Part shown: piece by piece, positions 12,108-23,380 of the stretch
Layout of the letters: each line of letters opens with the position of its first letter
Position numbering within the stretch: the stretch's first letter is position 1
DNA from: Veleropilina oligotropha
Taxonomy: Eukaryota
Reading direction: 5' to 3'
DNA: 64,000 bases
Assembly: GCA_048128005.1 (NCBI GenBank)
Contig: JBEUKZ010000093.1
Coordinates: 124,001-188,000, forward strand
The notes under the pieces: model-generated
The model's database searches: none
Told to the model about the DNA's origin: nothing
The model's input: only the letters and a program-made list of their open reading frames with translations
Position numbers and translations under genes: made by a program

Positions 12108-13061
12108 ATGAACACACCCATGCAGGATACAAATGTGTACAAATGTAGTGTCTGTGACAAATCATTTAGCCATTCAAGCGGTATGAAGCACCATATGTTA
12201 ATCCACACAGACGAGAAACCTCATCAATGCAGTGTCTGTGACAAATCATTTCGCCTTTTAAGCAATATCAACGTGCACATGCTAATCCACACAAAAGAGA
12301 AACCCCATCAATGCCCTGTGTGTTACAAGTCATTTACACATTCAAGCAGTCTCAAGCTTCATATGCTTACACATACAGGGCTGAAACCTCATCAATGTTG
12401 TATTTGCGATAAATCATTTTCACAGCTTGTCAATCTCAAGCAACATATGAAAACTCATACAGGACAGAAACCTCACCAATGCGCTGAGTGCCACAAGTCA
12501 TATTCAAGTTCTCAGTATCTCCGTCAGCATGCTGCCATCCATACTGGAGAGAAGCAGTATCCCTGTACTTTATGCGACAAGTCATTTATTTCAGGAAGCA
12601 ATCTCCATAAACATACTTTAACCCATACAGGAGAAACCCCATATCAGTGCGGCATCTGTAACAAGTCATTTAACCGATCAAGCAACCTCAAACAGCATAT
12701 GCTAATACATACAAACGAGAAAACCCATCAATGCAATTTATGTTATAAGTCATTTTTACAAACATCCTATCTCAAGAAACATATGCTAATCCATACAGGC
12801 GAGAAAGCTTATAAATGCAGTGTTTGCGACAAGTCATTTCGCGATTCAAGCAATCTCAACCAGCATATGCTAATTCACACAAAAGAGAAACCCCATCAAT
12901 GCAATGCATGCTATAAGTCATTTTCACGATCAGGCCCTCTCAAACAACATATCATGCTTATACATACAGGAATGAAACCTCATCAATGTAGTATTTGTGA
13001 TAAATCATTTTTGGAGCATGGCAATCTCAAGCAACATTTGATTACCTGTGTGAATACATGA
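12108..13061 (+). CDS. C2H2 zinc-finger protein ZF-A (10 complete fingers before an in-frame TGA)
   Basis: Tandem CxxC-x12-HxxxH fingers with TGEKP-like linkers. The first in-frame ATG is 12108 (MNTPM). A candidate splice acceptor TTAATTTTCAG ends at 11620. Confidence 0.8.
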   Translation: MNTPMQDTNVYKCSVCDKSFSHSSGMKHHMLIHTDEKPHQCSVCDKSFRLLSNINVHMLIHTKEKPHQCPVCYKSFTHSSSLKLHMLTHTGLKPHQCCICDKSFSQLVNLKQHMKTHTGQKPHQCAECHKSYSSSQYLRQHAAIHTGEKQYPCTLCDKSFISGSNLHKHTLTHTGETPYQCGICNKSFNRSSNLKQHMLIHTNEKTHQCNLCYKSFLQTSYLKKHMLIHTGEKAYKCSVCDKSFRDSSNLNQHMLIHTKEKPHQCNACYKSFSRSGPLKQHIMLIHTGMKPHQCSICDKSFLEHGNLKQHLITCVNT

Positions 13062-13496
13062 CTGAACCGTCATGAATGTATTATTTGCGATAAATTTTTT
13101 TCTCAGCTTGGCAGTCTCAAGCAACATATGCAAATCCATTCAGGACAGAAAGGTCATCAATGCACTGTATGTGACAAGTCATATTCAAGTTCTCGGTATC
13201 TCTGTCTGCATGCTGCCATCCATACTGGAGAGAAGCTGTATCCATGTACTTTATGTGACAGATCTTTTATTACATATGGCATTCTCAGTCGACATACATT
13301 AACCCATACAGGAGAAACCCCATATCAGTGCGGCATATGTGACAAGTCATTTAACCGATCAGCTAGCCTCAAACAGCATATGTTAATCCACACGGGAGAG
13401 AAACATCACCAATGCAATGTATGTTATAAGTCATTTACACTTTTATGCAATCTCAAGCAACATTTGCTAATCCACAAACGCGATCGACCTCAGTAA
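13062..13496 (+). pseudogene. In-frame continuation of ZF-A after the premature stop (5 further fingers)
   Basis: Same frame as 12108: HECIICDKFFSQLGSLKQHMQIH...HQCNVCYKSFTLLCNLKQHLLIHKRDRPQ*. Confidence 0.8.
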
Positions 13497-13770
13497 TGTG
13501 CTGTGTCTGGCAAGTTGTTTTCAAGGCCTCGACTTCTCCAGCAACATGCAGTTATCCATTCTGAAGTACGGAAACTTCACCAATGAGAGGTATGCTACGA
13601 GTCATATTAAAGTTATCAATTCATACCGGAGACAAGCAGTATTGATATACTTTGGGCGGCAAATATGTGATATCCCATACCTTTCACTATTAGGCTATTT
13701 ACAAACAAATACTCTGATATTGCATTGTATTGAATAATAATTTTTCCAAAATGAAAAGTTGGAGGATGAT

Positions 13771-15620
13771 ATGGCCGCTTCGACAGTCGTGTGGTTTCGG
13801 TTGCAGACTCAGAAAAATCACTGGCTTGATTCTGTTGATGCGAACCTCGCTTGGGACATGACATTATTTGTTCAAGTTTTAAATCACAGTTGTCTCTAAC
13901 TGGTCGGAGAGAGCGGGTTTCGCCGGGCGACCAGGGTTTCCTCCCACGATGATATGGACATGTCTTGCTCTCACGATAATATGGACATGTCTTGCTCTCA
14001 CGATAATATGGACATGTCTTGCTCTCACGATAATATGGACATGTCTTGCTCCCACGATAATATGGACATGTCTTGCTCTCACGATAATATGGACATGTCT
14101 TGCTCCCACGATGATATGGACATGTCTTGCTCTCACGATAATATGGACATGTCTTGCTCCCACGATAATATGGACATGTCTTGCTCTCACGATAATATGG
14201 ACATGTCTTGCTCCCACGATAATATGGACATGTCTTGCTCTCACGATAATATGGACATGTCTTGCTCTCACGATAATATGGACATGTCTTGCTCTCACGA
14301 TAATATGGACATGTCTTGCTCCCACGATAATATGGACATGTCTTGCTACCACGATAATATGGACATGTCTTGCTCTCACGATAATATGGACATGTCTTGC
14401 TCCCACGATAATATGGACATGTCTTGCTACCACGATAATATGGACATGTCTTGCTCTCACGATAATATGGACATGTCTTGCTCCCACGATAATATGGACA
14501 TGTCTAACAGTCTTGCTCTCACGATAATATGGACATGTCTTGCTCCCACGATAATATGGACATGTCTAACAGTCTTGCTCTCACGATAATATGGACATGT
14601 CTTGCTCCCACGATAATATGGACATGTCTTGCTCTCACGATAATATGGACATGTCTTGCTCCCACGATAATATGGACATGTCTTGCTCCCACGATAATAT
14701 GAACATGTCTTGCTCCCATGATGATATGGACATGTCTTGCTCCCACGATAATATGGACATGTCTTGCTCTCACGATAATATGGACATGTCTTGCTCTCAC
14801 GATAATATGGACATGTCTTGCTCCCACGATGATATGGACATGTCTTGCTCCCACGATAATATGGACATGTCTTGCTCTCACGATAATATGGACATGTCTT
14901 GCTCTCACGATAATATGGACATGTCTTGCTCCCACGATAATATGGACATGTCTTGCTCCCACGATAATATGGACATGTCTTGCTCCCACGATAATATGGA
15001 CATGTCTTGCTCCCACGATAATATGGACATGTCTTGCTCCCACGATAATATGGACATGTCTTGCTCTCACGATAATATGGACATGTCTTGCTCCCACGAT
15101 AATATGGACATGTCTTGCTCTCACGATAATATGGACACGTCTTGCTCCCACGATAATATGGACATGTCTTGCTCCCACGATAATATGGACATGTCTTGCT
15201 CTCACGATAATATGGACATGTCTTGCTCCCACGATAATATGGACATGTCTTGCTCCCACGATAATATGGACATGTCTTGCTCTCACGATAATATGGACAT
15301 GTCTTGCTCTCACGATAATATGGACATGTCTTGCTCTCACGATAATATGGACATGTCTTGCTCCCACGATGATATGGACATGTCTTGCTCCCACGATAAT
15401 ATGGACATGTCTTGCTCCCACGATAATATGGACATGTCTTGCTCTCACGATAATATGGACATGTCTTGCTCCCACGATAATATGGACATGTCTTGCTCCC
15501 ACGATAATATGGACATGTCTTGCTCCCACGATAATATGGACATGTCTTGCTCCCACGATGATATGGACATGTCTTGCTATGAACTTAACGGTTGGAAATA
15601 TACAGGACATTCAGCATCCT
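13771..15620 (+). mobile_element. SINE family 1 copy with internally amplified minisatellite
   Basis: The SINE head and core precede the array, and the SINE 3' end (ATGAACTTAACGGTTGGAAATATACAGGACATT) follows it. Confidence 0.8.
13943..15578. repeat. 27-bp minisatellite, 60 copies
   Basis: Unit C(C/T)CACGATAATATGGACATGTCTTGCT. The 1636 bp equal 60x27 plus two 8-bp insertions. Confidence 0.97.
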
Positions 15621-15847
15621 GTCCTCTCCTTTGAGGCTGATATTGTGTCGTATCAAAGAATAATTGTTTTAAAATTATATATAACTGGCAATACAAAATA
15701 CTGCTTAGGTAAACAGGCCTGAAATGTACATGTAAAATGGGAACTATGAATCAATAAAATGCTTTAACATGAAGAGTAATTTTTATGTGTAGATACCGGT
15801 CATTTGCACGAGTGGCCGTACATGAACTCAAACAAGGTGAAACTGTT

Positions 15848-16034
15848 CCGGTAGCTAATAGGTGAGGCCGCTCCGGCAGCTAATAGGTGAGGCCGCTCCG
15901 GTAGCTAATAGGTGAGGCCGCTCCGGTAGCTAATAGGTGAGGCCGCTCCGGTAGCTAATAGGTGAGGCCGCTCCGGTAGCTAATAGGTGAGGCTGCTCCG
16001 GTAGCTAATAGGTGAGGCTGCTCCGGTAGCTAAT
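15848..16034. repeat. 25-bp minisatellite, ~7.5 copies
   Basis: Unit CCGGTAGCTAATAGGTGAGGCCGCT. Only ~2.5 copies occur at 42352-42413. Confidence 0.95.
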
Positions 16035-16947
16035 TGGGTTCCAATTCAGACTCTACATTCACTTCATTGATTGCTCCATCTAATTAGTAACAGTGCGTTC
16101 TAATCTCTGTTGGTGCAATAGCATTCCCTTTACTCGTCGCAGATGTCCATAACGGACCAGGGTGAGTGGATTTTCCATGGACCGTGAGATCACGCGATAA
16201 TATTGACATGTTTTGGTATGGACTTGATGGGTTGCGATAACAGGACGGTAATCCACCCAAACCAACCATGGGTATGTCCATTTTCTGGAGGCGTCGTGTG
16301 CGATGACGTCATAGCATTGGATCACCGAGATATGAACATATCTTACGCTCCTGATATGCCGATGACAATCACTTTTGTTCTTATTTATCATTTGTATTGT
16401 ATTAATCCTAAATGGTTCTCTATAGCATTCTTTTATGAACCTTTTCCTCCGCCTCTAACGGAAACGTTGGTAAATGTGGATCTGGGTTCGATCTCCTCAA
16501 TTTCTTGATATTACGTCATTTGAACGACTTGAGACTGAAATTTTCATTTGGAAACTATTTGATATGGCAGGTAATAAATGGACGATTTGTCGCCATAGAA
16601 CGTTGGCAGATGTGACCTGGGCTCGATCCCAGAGAGTGCCATGATAAAAGGTCGCCATTGGTCAAAATTGTTGGCGTTGTCATGACATTAACCCTCATTG
16701 CTTCATCGATCATATAATGAAGCTACATCCCCTTTTTGCCAATCCGGTGGCCGGAGCCACAACTGCGGTATTTTTCACAAATGCAGAATAAAGTGTTATA
16801 TATATATATGTTGTTTTTTTTTGTTTTTTGTTTTTTCTCACCGGGGAGCTAAGTCCCCGATGTCACATGTATGTATGTATGTATGCATGTATGTATGTAT
16901 GTGTGCGTGTGTGTGTGTGTGTGCGTGCGTGTGTGCATATTTATTTA

Positions 16948-17466
16948 TTTATCACATGACAAACCTATTATGGAACGGTAGAAGCCGTTCCATAAATTTC
17001 GTTACAAAAGACGTGTCATAAGTATGCAAAGGAGGGCGAGCATGACGGCCGGTCGACGCATCTGGTGCCAAGTTGATTAGGCGGCGCATCACGCTCATTA
17101 ACATATTGAATAATTCATACGCGTTGACTCGTCGATTACTGACATTGCAAAGACGAACTATTTTTTTATTGGCGTACTGGCATGGCGCGTGCTTTCGAGG
17201 CGTGATGCGTCTGAAGCATGGCAATTTATGGCTGAAAGTACTGACAGTTTTAAAACGTAAAGAAATGAGTTTAAAAACGCAATAAAATAAGTTTAAAGGT
17301 AAATAAAGTCATGTGATAAAGAAGATATCAAACTTGTTTCCATTTCATATGAGAATTGTGAAACTCGTCAGCAAGTTTATGTACCTCGCCATGGCTCGGT
17401 ACATAAATTGTGCCCGACTCGTTCCATAATTCTCATATGAAATGATGGACACTCGTTCGATATGCT
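16948..17466 (+). mobile_element. Crypton-like non-autonomous element inside a (TATG)n microsatellite (copy at ~43358-43876)
   Basis: 5' TTTATCACATGAC is inverted with internal GTCATGTGATAAA (~17308), followed by a long imperfect hairpin at ~17325-17463. Confidence 0.55.
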
Positions 17467-17699
17467 ATATATATGTATGTATATATGTATGTATGTATGC
17501 ATGTACGTACGTACAAACGTACGTACGTATGTATGCATGTATGTATGTATAATTATCAAACGCGCTGGCATAGATATTGAAACAGTTATATTTTAGCTTA
17601 ATCTTATCATAGAGACTTGGCATTTTGTTTAAAAGTTACTGGATTGTTTATTCTGGTTGAATCAATATTTATTGAAATACATTTCTGAATTATTTCCTT

Positions 17700-19204
17700 A
17701 ATTAAGCTTGAGTTAGTGAGACTAACCGTTCTCACTCGTGGTCTTCGGCTTAGAATGAACACGCATATCACGTGAACTCTTATTTTTGCGATACGCTCTG
17801 ACTGTTTTGGCATCGAAAGGTACGCTAAATTTGGTTTGCAGTTCTGCGTATTTGCTTTTGATAATTTTAGCAACGTCAACATTTTTTCTGTTGTATTGGA
17901 TTCGAATAGGTATAATGTATCTCGGACCGCGCAGTCCGGAAAGCACATTCATCTCACAAGGATGTTTTGTCATGAGCGTTCTAATCCAATAACTTTCTCT
18001 CTCTCTACGTAGTCGGTCAGTTTCATCTTTTGTCGCTAAAGTTGGTGGTTTTTCAATTGGCATGATTTGGAAATGTTGTGCTACGCAATGACCAGGTAGG
18101 TAAATGGAAATGTTCTGAAACAGGTCCTTCGTTATCTAACCAAATGTCGGAAAGATGCCGGGTAGCACGCACCCTTAGTGCATTTTTTGTTTCGTCTACA
18201 TATTGCTTGAGACACAATTTACAGGAGATCATATATATCACATAGAATCGAAATAAATATTAGATTTCATGTTGTAATTTGTTCTGGTTTGTTCACTTAG
18301 AAATGTTGGTCGATTGTTAATGAACTGGTCAAGTTTACAACGAGATTTACCACATTTGTTAACGCTTCCATTACCAACAATCTCTTTATCATGTTCAATT
18401 TTAGCAGGTTGGAAATTCAAACTTTTTTCTTTAGCCTTTGATCTGAGTTATCTCAAAGTTATAGATTTGATTTCACGTAGTTTGCGGGCGGAATAGCCTC
18501 GCGGTTTTAGTGCATCAAATAATGTACGACAGGCGTCGTTGAAGTTACTCATGATGGCCTCTAAACCAGCGTCAATGTCAATGTTGGTATACATGGCATC
18601 TACGTCCAATGTCACAAGAAACACATCTTTGCTAACGGTCAATTCTGATAACTGAGCAAGGAAGTCTTGCGTGTTTTTAACATAGCTGTCGTGACGATTC
18701 GCTATTGGTTTTAGGTAATGGTCAATGTATTCAGATATGTGATAAGACTCGGATCCACAGTCTGATACAATCGGTCTGCCGGGTGGCGTACATTCGTCGG
18801 TCCATTTGTCAACTGGTTTGTGAATTTTAGGAAGCAAGTAAACGTTCTGTTTTTAGCACCGTAAGATTTACCCTCGTCAGCTGCCTGTTGAGCATATAGA
18901 TACTGTATTCATATTGTTTTTTGGTAAGTGCAACTGTTTCTTTAAAGATCTTAAAACGCTATTGAAGTTATCACGATTGTTTGGTTAGATGGCTCGTCAA
19001 TTTCTCGGTAGTGTTTTGGATTGTTTAACTGCCTTTCAGCTTCTCTGATGTAATTATCTCGTTTTAACAGAACTATTGCAGAACCTTTATCAGCTGGTTT
19101 GATTACAATATCCTCATCCTTTTTTAGGTTGATGAGGGATTTACGTTCTTGAAAAGTTAGATTTTGTTTATCATTGACTTTGTTCATATTGCGTACATCG
19201 ACTC
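17700..19204 (-). pseudogene. Neptune-type Penelope-like element (RT + GIY-YIG), copy 1, with a 542-bp internal deletion
   Basis: Motifs IVIKPADKGSAIV, LPKIHK, PPGRPIVSDCGS, LDVDAMYTNI, Cys-linker KCGKSRCKL and GIY-YIG IYMISCKLCLKQYVDET...PVSEHF...RRERESYWIRTL, with frameshifts. Confidence 0.9.
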
Positions 19205-19637
19205 TATATACAATGTATATTGTTATGCACGTATTTGCCACAAACTTACTTTGTGTATTTTTCAATAATTTTGCCAATCCTGCTAAAATATCACAGTTAT
19301 AACGGAAGGAATATACTTTATATTGAACATGAAGTTTTACACGTGATCTTCGGCAGAGCTGAAAACAATTATAGGAACGCGTTTTTTAGTAACAACAATA
19401 GAATATATAAAATGGGTTCTTTCACGGAGTAACGAAGTTGGAAAATAAACTTGTTCAAAAGGCATTATTTTATTATATTGAAGTGAGATAAATTCGTTGT
19501 CGGCATGGCCGTCATGAAATATGGGTCTATGTTCCGTTTGTGAGAATTTATTAACGTCGACTTCGTCTCGGTTAATAAATTCTCACAAACAGGTACATAG
19601 ACCCATATTCCCCTCGGGCAATGCCGACAACTTATAA
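19205..19637 (+). mobile_element. 3' part of a Crypton-like non-autonomous element (full copy 51421-52322; also ~46157-46589)
   Basis: Aligns to 51895-52325 and carries a terminal hairpin at 19496-19631. Confidence 0.65.
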
Positions 19638-20919
19638 TGTATTTTGTGTTGTAAAACGCACTGGCACAGATATTGATCAGTTATATTTTAGTTTAATCTT
19701 ATCATAGAGACTTGCCGTTTTTGTTTAAGCTAAACTGGTTTGTTTATGCTGGTTGAAGTATAGTTCGTTTATACTTTAGTCAAGATCTATGTTGAAATAG
19801 CTAACAAATGGAAATGTTAAACGGTTCAAACATAGATCTATCCCCTTCCCGTTTTGGTTAATATATCTGGGTATTTACATTTTATTTATCATTATATTAA
19901 AGCAGAGCTATATATCGTGACGTACTGGTAGGTGAGTTGACACGATTGTGGGCTCTCAATTTATTGGCTTGACTGCTCTCTCTTACAATAGTGAATTAGA
20001 GTTATCAGTTGTCCAAAACTGGTCTTGATGTGGGCTTTCCTCCAGTGATAATATGGACGTGACCTCGCATGAACCTGAAGATTGTTATAACGGAGCAAAA
20101 ATCAAAGTTTTATCTGAAATAAAGTATCCTTTACAGTGCGGTTTTTGTTGACAAGTCAATATTACAGACAGCTAGGTTTCCAATTTAAAGCATTTGTGAA
20201 GATATAGGATCGGGATGATGATAATGCCATCATGTATTTATTATTTATGTTATTAGTAGTGGGGTCAAACGTCGGCAGAGGCAGCACACATTTGTTTAAG
20301 TTAAGAATTACAGTTGTCCGTAACTGGTCGGAGAGAGAGAAGCGACAGGGCTTTCCTCCGCGATAATATGGACATATACATATATAAGCATCGATCCTTT
20401 CCTTTTCATTTTATTAGTTGCGCCATGATTTAGATTACTACTATTGCTGCCCTTAACCTGTGAAAATGTATTGTAATTAGTGATGACAGATGCGAGGTGG
20501 AGTCATTACTCCTGATGTGTGATCAATTATAGCAAAACGGGTTGATATTGTATAGACTCTCCCAAAATTATGCGCCCTCGATCTGTTATAAACTGGTCAA
20601 TTTAAGTAAAAGTATTAATTTTTTTAAACTTTAAAGACAACTCTTTTCATATAAACTACTATTACTTTCTAAAAATATGCATACAATATAATATTATATG
20701 TACATGTATATTGATAAATAAAGCCATTGACTCGATGTTGCGACAATAAATTTCAGATTATGTAACAATCATGCCTATACTGAACAGTGAAGTTTTTGAT
20801 GAACAGTTATCACAATTCTTTCTGTATCAACCACTGTTTCAAAGAAAAGATTATTTGTTAGAGTGGTTATTTTCAATATATCACCATTCTCAATGAGCCT
20901 TTTCTCTATGATATCTGCC

Positions 20920-21150
20920 TGCCCCGTAGTCGTGTGGTGTTGAGTGCCGAATCTGAAATCACTGGCTCGATTGCGCTAACTAAAAGAACTTTGTTTGAAT
21001 GTCGGCTGGCACATTAACATTCCTTGTTCAGTTATCAATCACAGTTGTCTGTAGCTGGCCTTAGAGTGTGGGTTTCCTCGGGCTTTCCACCCACGATAAT
21101 ATGGACATGTCCAACCGTGAATCTGATAGTTGTAAATATACATAAACATT
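20920..21150 (+). mobile_element. SINE family 1 degenerate copy (others at ~19970-20090, ~20260-20380, ~30570-30750 and duplicates in copy 2)
   Basis: CACAGTTGTC...TTTCC...CCCACGATAATATGGACATGTCC core. Confidence 0.7.
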
Positions 21151-21309
21151 TGATCATGTACATAAACGAATTTCAATGTTAGGTATTATACACATGATGT
21201 CACTTATACACATGATGGCTCATATTAATAATAAGGAGGAATACCACTGACGATATACCAGGGTGATTGTTACTGCGTTGAATACATAGAACCATGTAAG
21301 ACCAAGTAG

Positions 21310-21790
21310 TTCTAGTTGAAGAAAACAGTGTGAGCGCTTCCGGAGGACATCTCTCCTATTGGATGGTGGGGCTGCTCGATAACAAAGTTTTTATTCGTAA
21401 CTGGAACTGTTCTTGAATGCGAGTTGGCATGGATACACGCACGCACGCACGCACACACGCACACACACACACACACACTAACACACACAATGTTATGATC
21501 CACATTGGCGGCTGCATATTGGACAAACTCTGAAGTGAAGCTCGTTATGTTGAGCCCCTGCTGCATTTTGTTCGAAATGTTGCACCTCTTTATTAGTAGA
21601 ATCGAGCAAATACCCTCGTGTAGGTGCAGGAGTCGATGAGAACGTCAACGTTTAGTTTTGGGCTGGTGGGGGGGGGGGGGGGGGGAGTATAACTCAGGAC
21701 GAATCACTGGTACAATAATAGCTTGTGCAAATGATGCAGATTTCATATGAGGATCTCTTGTACACGAAGCTTTAGGGATTCGGGAAAAGG
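21310..21790 (-). pseudogene. DNA-transposon coding relic, possibly Academ-like (copy at ~48260-48760)
   Basis: Peptide fragments SEFVQYAAANVDHNI and KSASFAQAIIVPVIRP resemble motifs I recall from large DNA-transposon proteins. A (CA)n tract interrupts it. Confidence 0.35.
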
Positions 21791-21860
21791 TTAAGACATT
21801 CTTCTTCTTATGCCATATCATAAGAGAAAAATTATTTGATGATTCAGTTGATAAATATGT

Positions 21861-23380
21861 ATGTCCATATGCTGAATGTTCAGGGCCTAGTGGAAATTAA
21901 CCCATTTGATCAATGATGTCACTGATGGTAGTTTGCTCATCATAATGCATTATATTTAAGATATTGTAACTTGGAAAAATACATCTGTTCTGTCTTCCTC
22001 TTGTGGCTTTCAAATCTTTTGCGTATTGAAACTGGTCTGATCAATCGCATACATATTGGTATATGTTTTCTGGGATGGAAATTTGCCTTTGGAATCCTAT
22101 TAAATTACAAGCAAGCTCAAGTACCAGTATTAAATAAAGTGAACGTATGAATGCATCGTAAAGGCGATAATCTACTTTAGTAGCATGCACCAGTTCAATA
22201 ACAATTCGTTCAGCGATTTTAACATTTCAACTTGTCATTTTAAATTGCGATAATCTACTGAAAGCTATACAAATATATAATAGTGAAATCAGGGGAGATA
22301 ACCATGTTTTATTATAAAATATATATATATATATATAAAAAATTTGGGGAGCATGCCCCCAAACCCCCCTAGATATTCCCGGCTTACGGCCGCTCAATCG
22401 TCGCGGCCTTCGGCCGCTCACGTGGCTATCTCTTTCTCGCCATAAAAGGTTGGGATCGAAGTATGCAATATGAGGTGCCCTTGCTTATAATGATACCCCC
22501 CCCCCCCCCCCCTAACATCAAAATGGTTGCGACGCCCCTGAGACGACAACACTAGAGGAGATAAGGCATGGAATTAATATATATTTAAAGGCACCTCCGA
22601 ATTTAAAAACATTCGACATAATAACAGATGCTGAATGTATTCCCAAAATACAAGTGTGTAAACAACGTGACGTCACATGTTTGCAATATGTCTTGACGGA
22701 AAATAGAGACGGATTAGTTCATATTAAATACTGCCAATATTCAGACCATTTATTTCATTTGAAAGTAAGATAAAATCGTTGTCTTCCGATCACTCGGGTG
22801 ACATCGGTGATTGTATTCCTTCCTGAAGTTGTACCCCTCAGCGCTACGCGCTTCCGGGTACAACGTCAGGCGGAATGCAATCACCGATGCCCCCCTCGTG
22901 ATCGGAAAACAACTTATAATGTCCATATGCTGAATGTTCAGGGCCTAGTAGAAATTAACCCATTTGATCAATGATGTCACTGATGGTAGTGTGCTCACCA
23001 TAATGCATTATATTTAAGATATTGTAAATTTGCAAAATGCACTTGTTCTGTCTTCCTCTTGTGGCTTTCAAATATTTTGCTTATTGAAACTAGTCTGATC
23101 AATCGCATACATATTGGTATATGTTTTCTGGGATGGAAATTTGCCTTTGGAATCCTATTAAATTACAAGCAAGCACAGGTACCAGTATTACATAATGTGA
23201 ACGTATGAATGCATCATAAAGGCGATAATCTACTTTAATAGCATGCACCAGTTCAATAACAATTCGTTCAGCGATTTAAACATTTCAACTTGTCATTTTA
23301 AATTGCGATAATCTACTGAAAGCTATACAAATATATAATAGTGAAATCAGGGGAGATAACCATGTTTTATTATAAATATA
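21861..23380 (+). repeat. Local ~460-bp direct duplication (21861-22320 and 22919-23380) with TE ends between
   Basis: ATGTCCATATGCTGAATGTTCAGGGCCTAGT...GGGGAGATAACCATGTTTTATTATAAA occurs twice. The spacer holds a TIR-like end (GCGACGCCCCTG) and a Crypton-like hairpin at 22778-22913. Confidence 0.85.

Noticed and set aside
13943..15578. CRISPR-like array
   Set aside because: The units are contiguous with no unique spacers, there are no cas genes, and the context is eukaryotic.
13879..15722. Long repetitive ORFs (MDMSCSHDN, ARHVHIIVG, IIWTCLAPT), also at 40927-42226
   Set aside because: These are by-products of a 27-bp unit open in several frames on both strands. The unit is part of a SINE, not a metal-binding protein gene.
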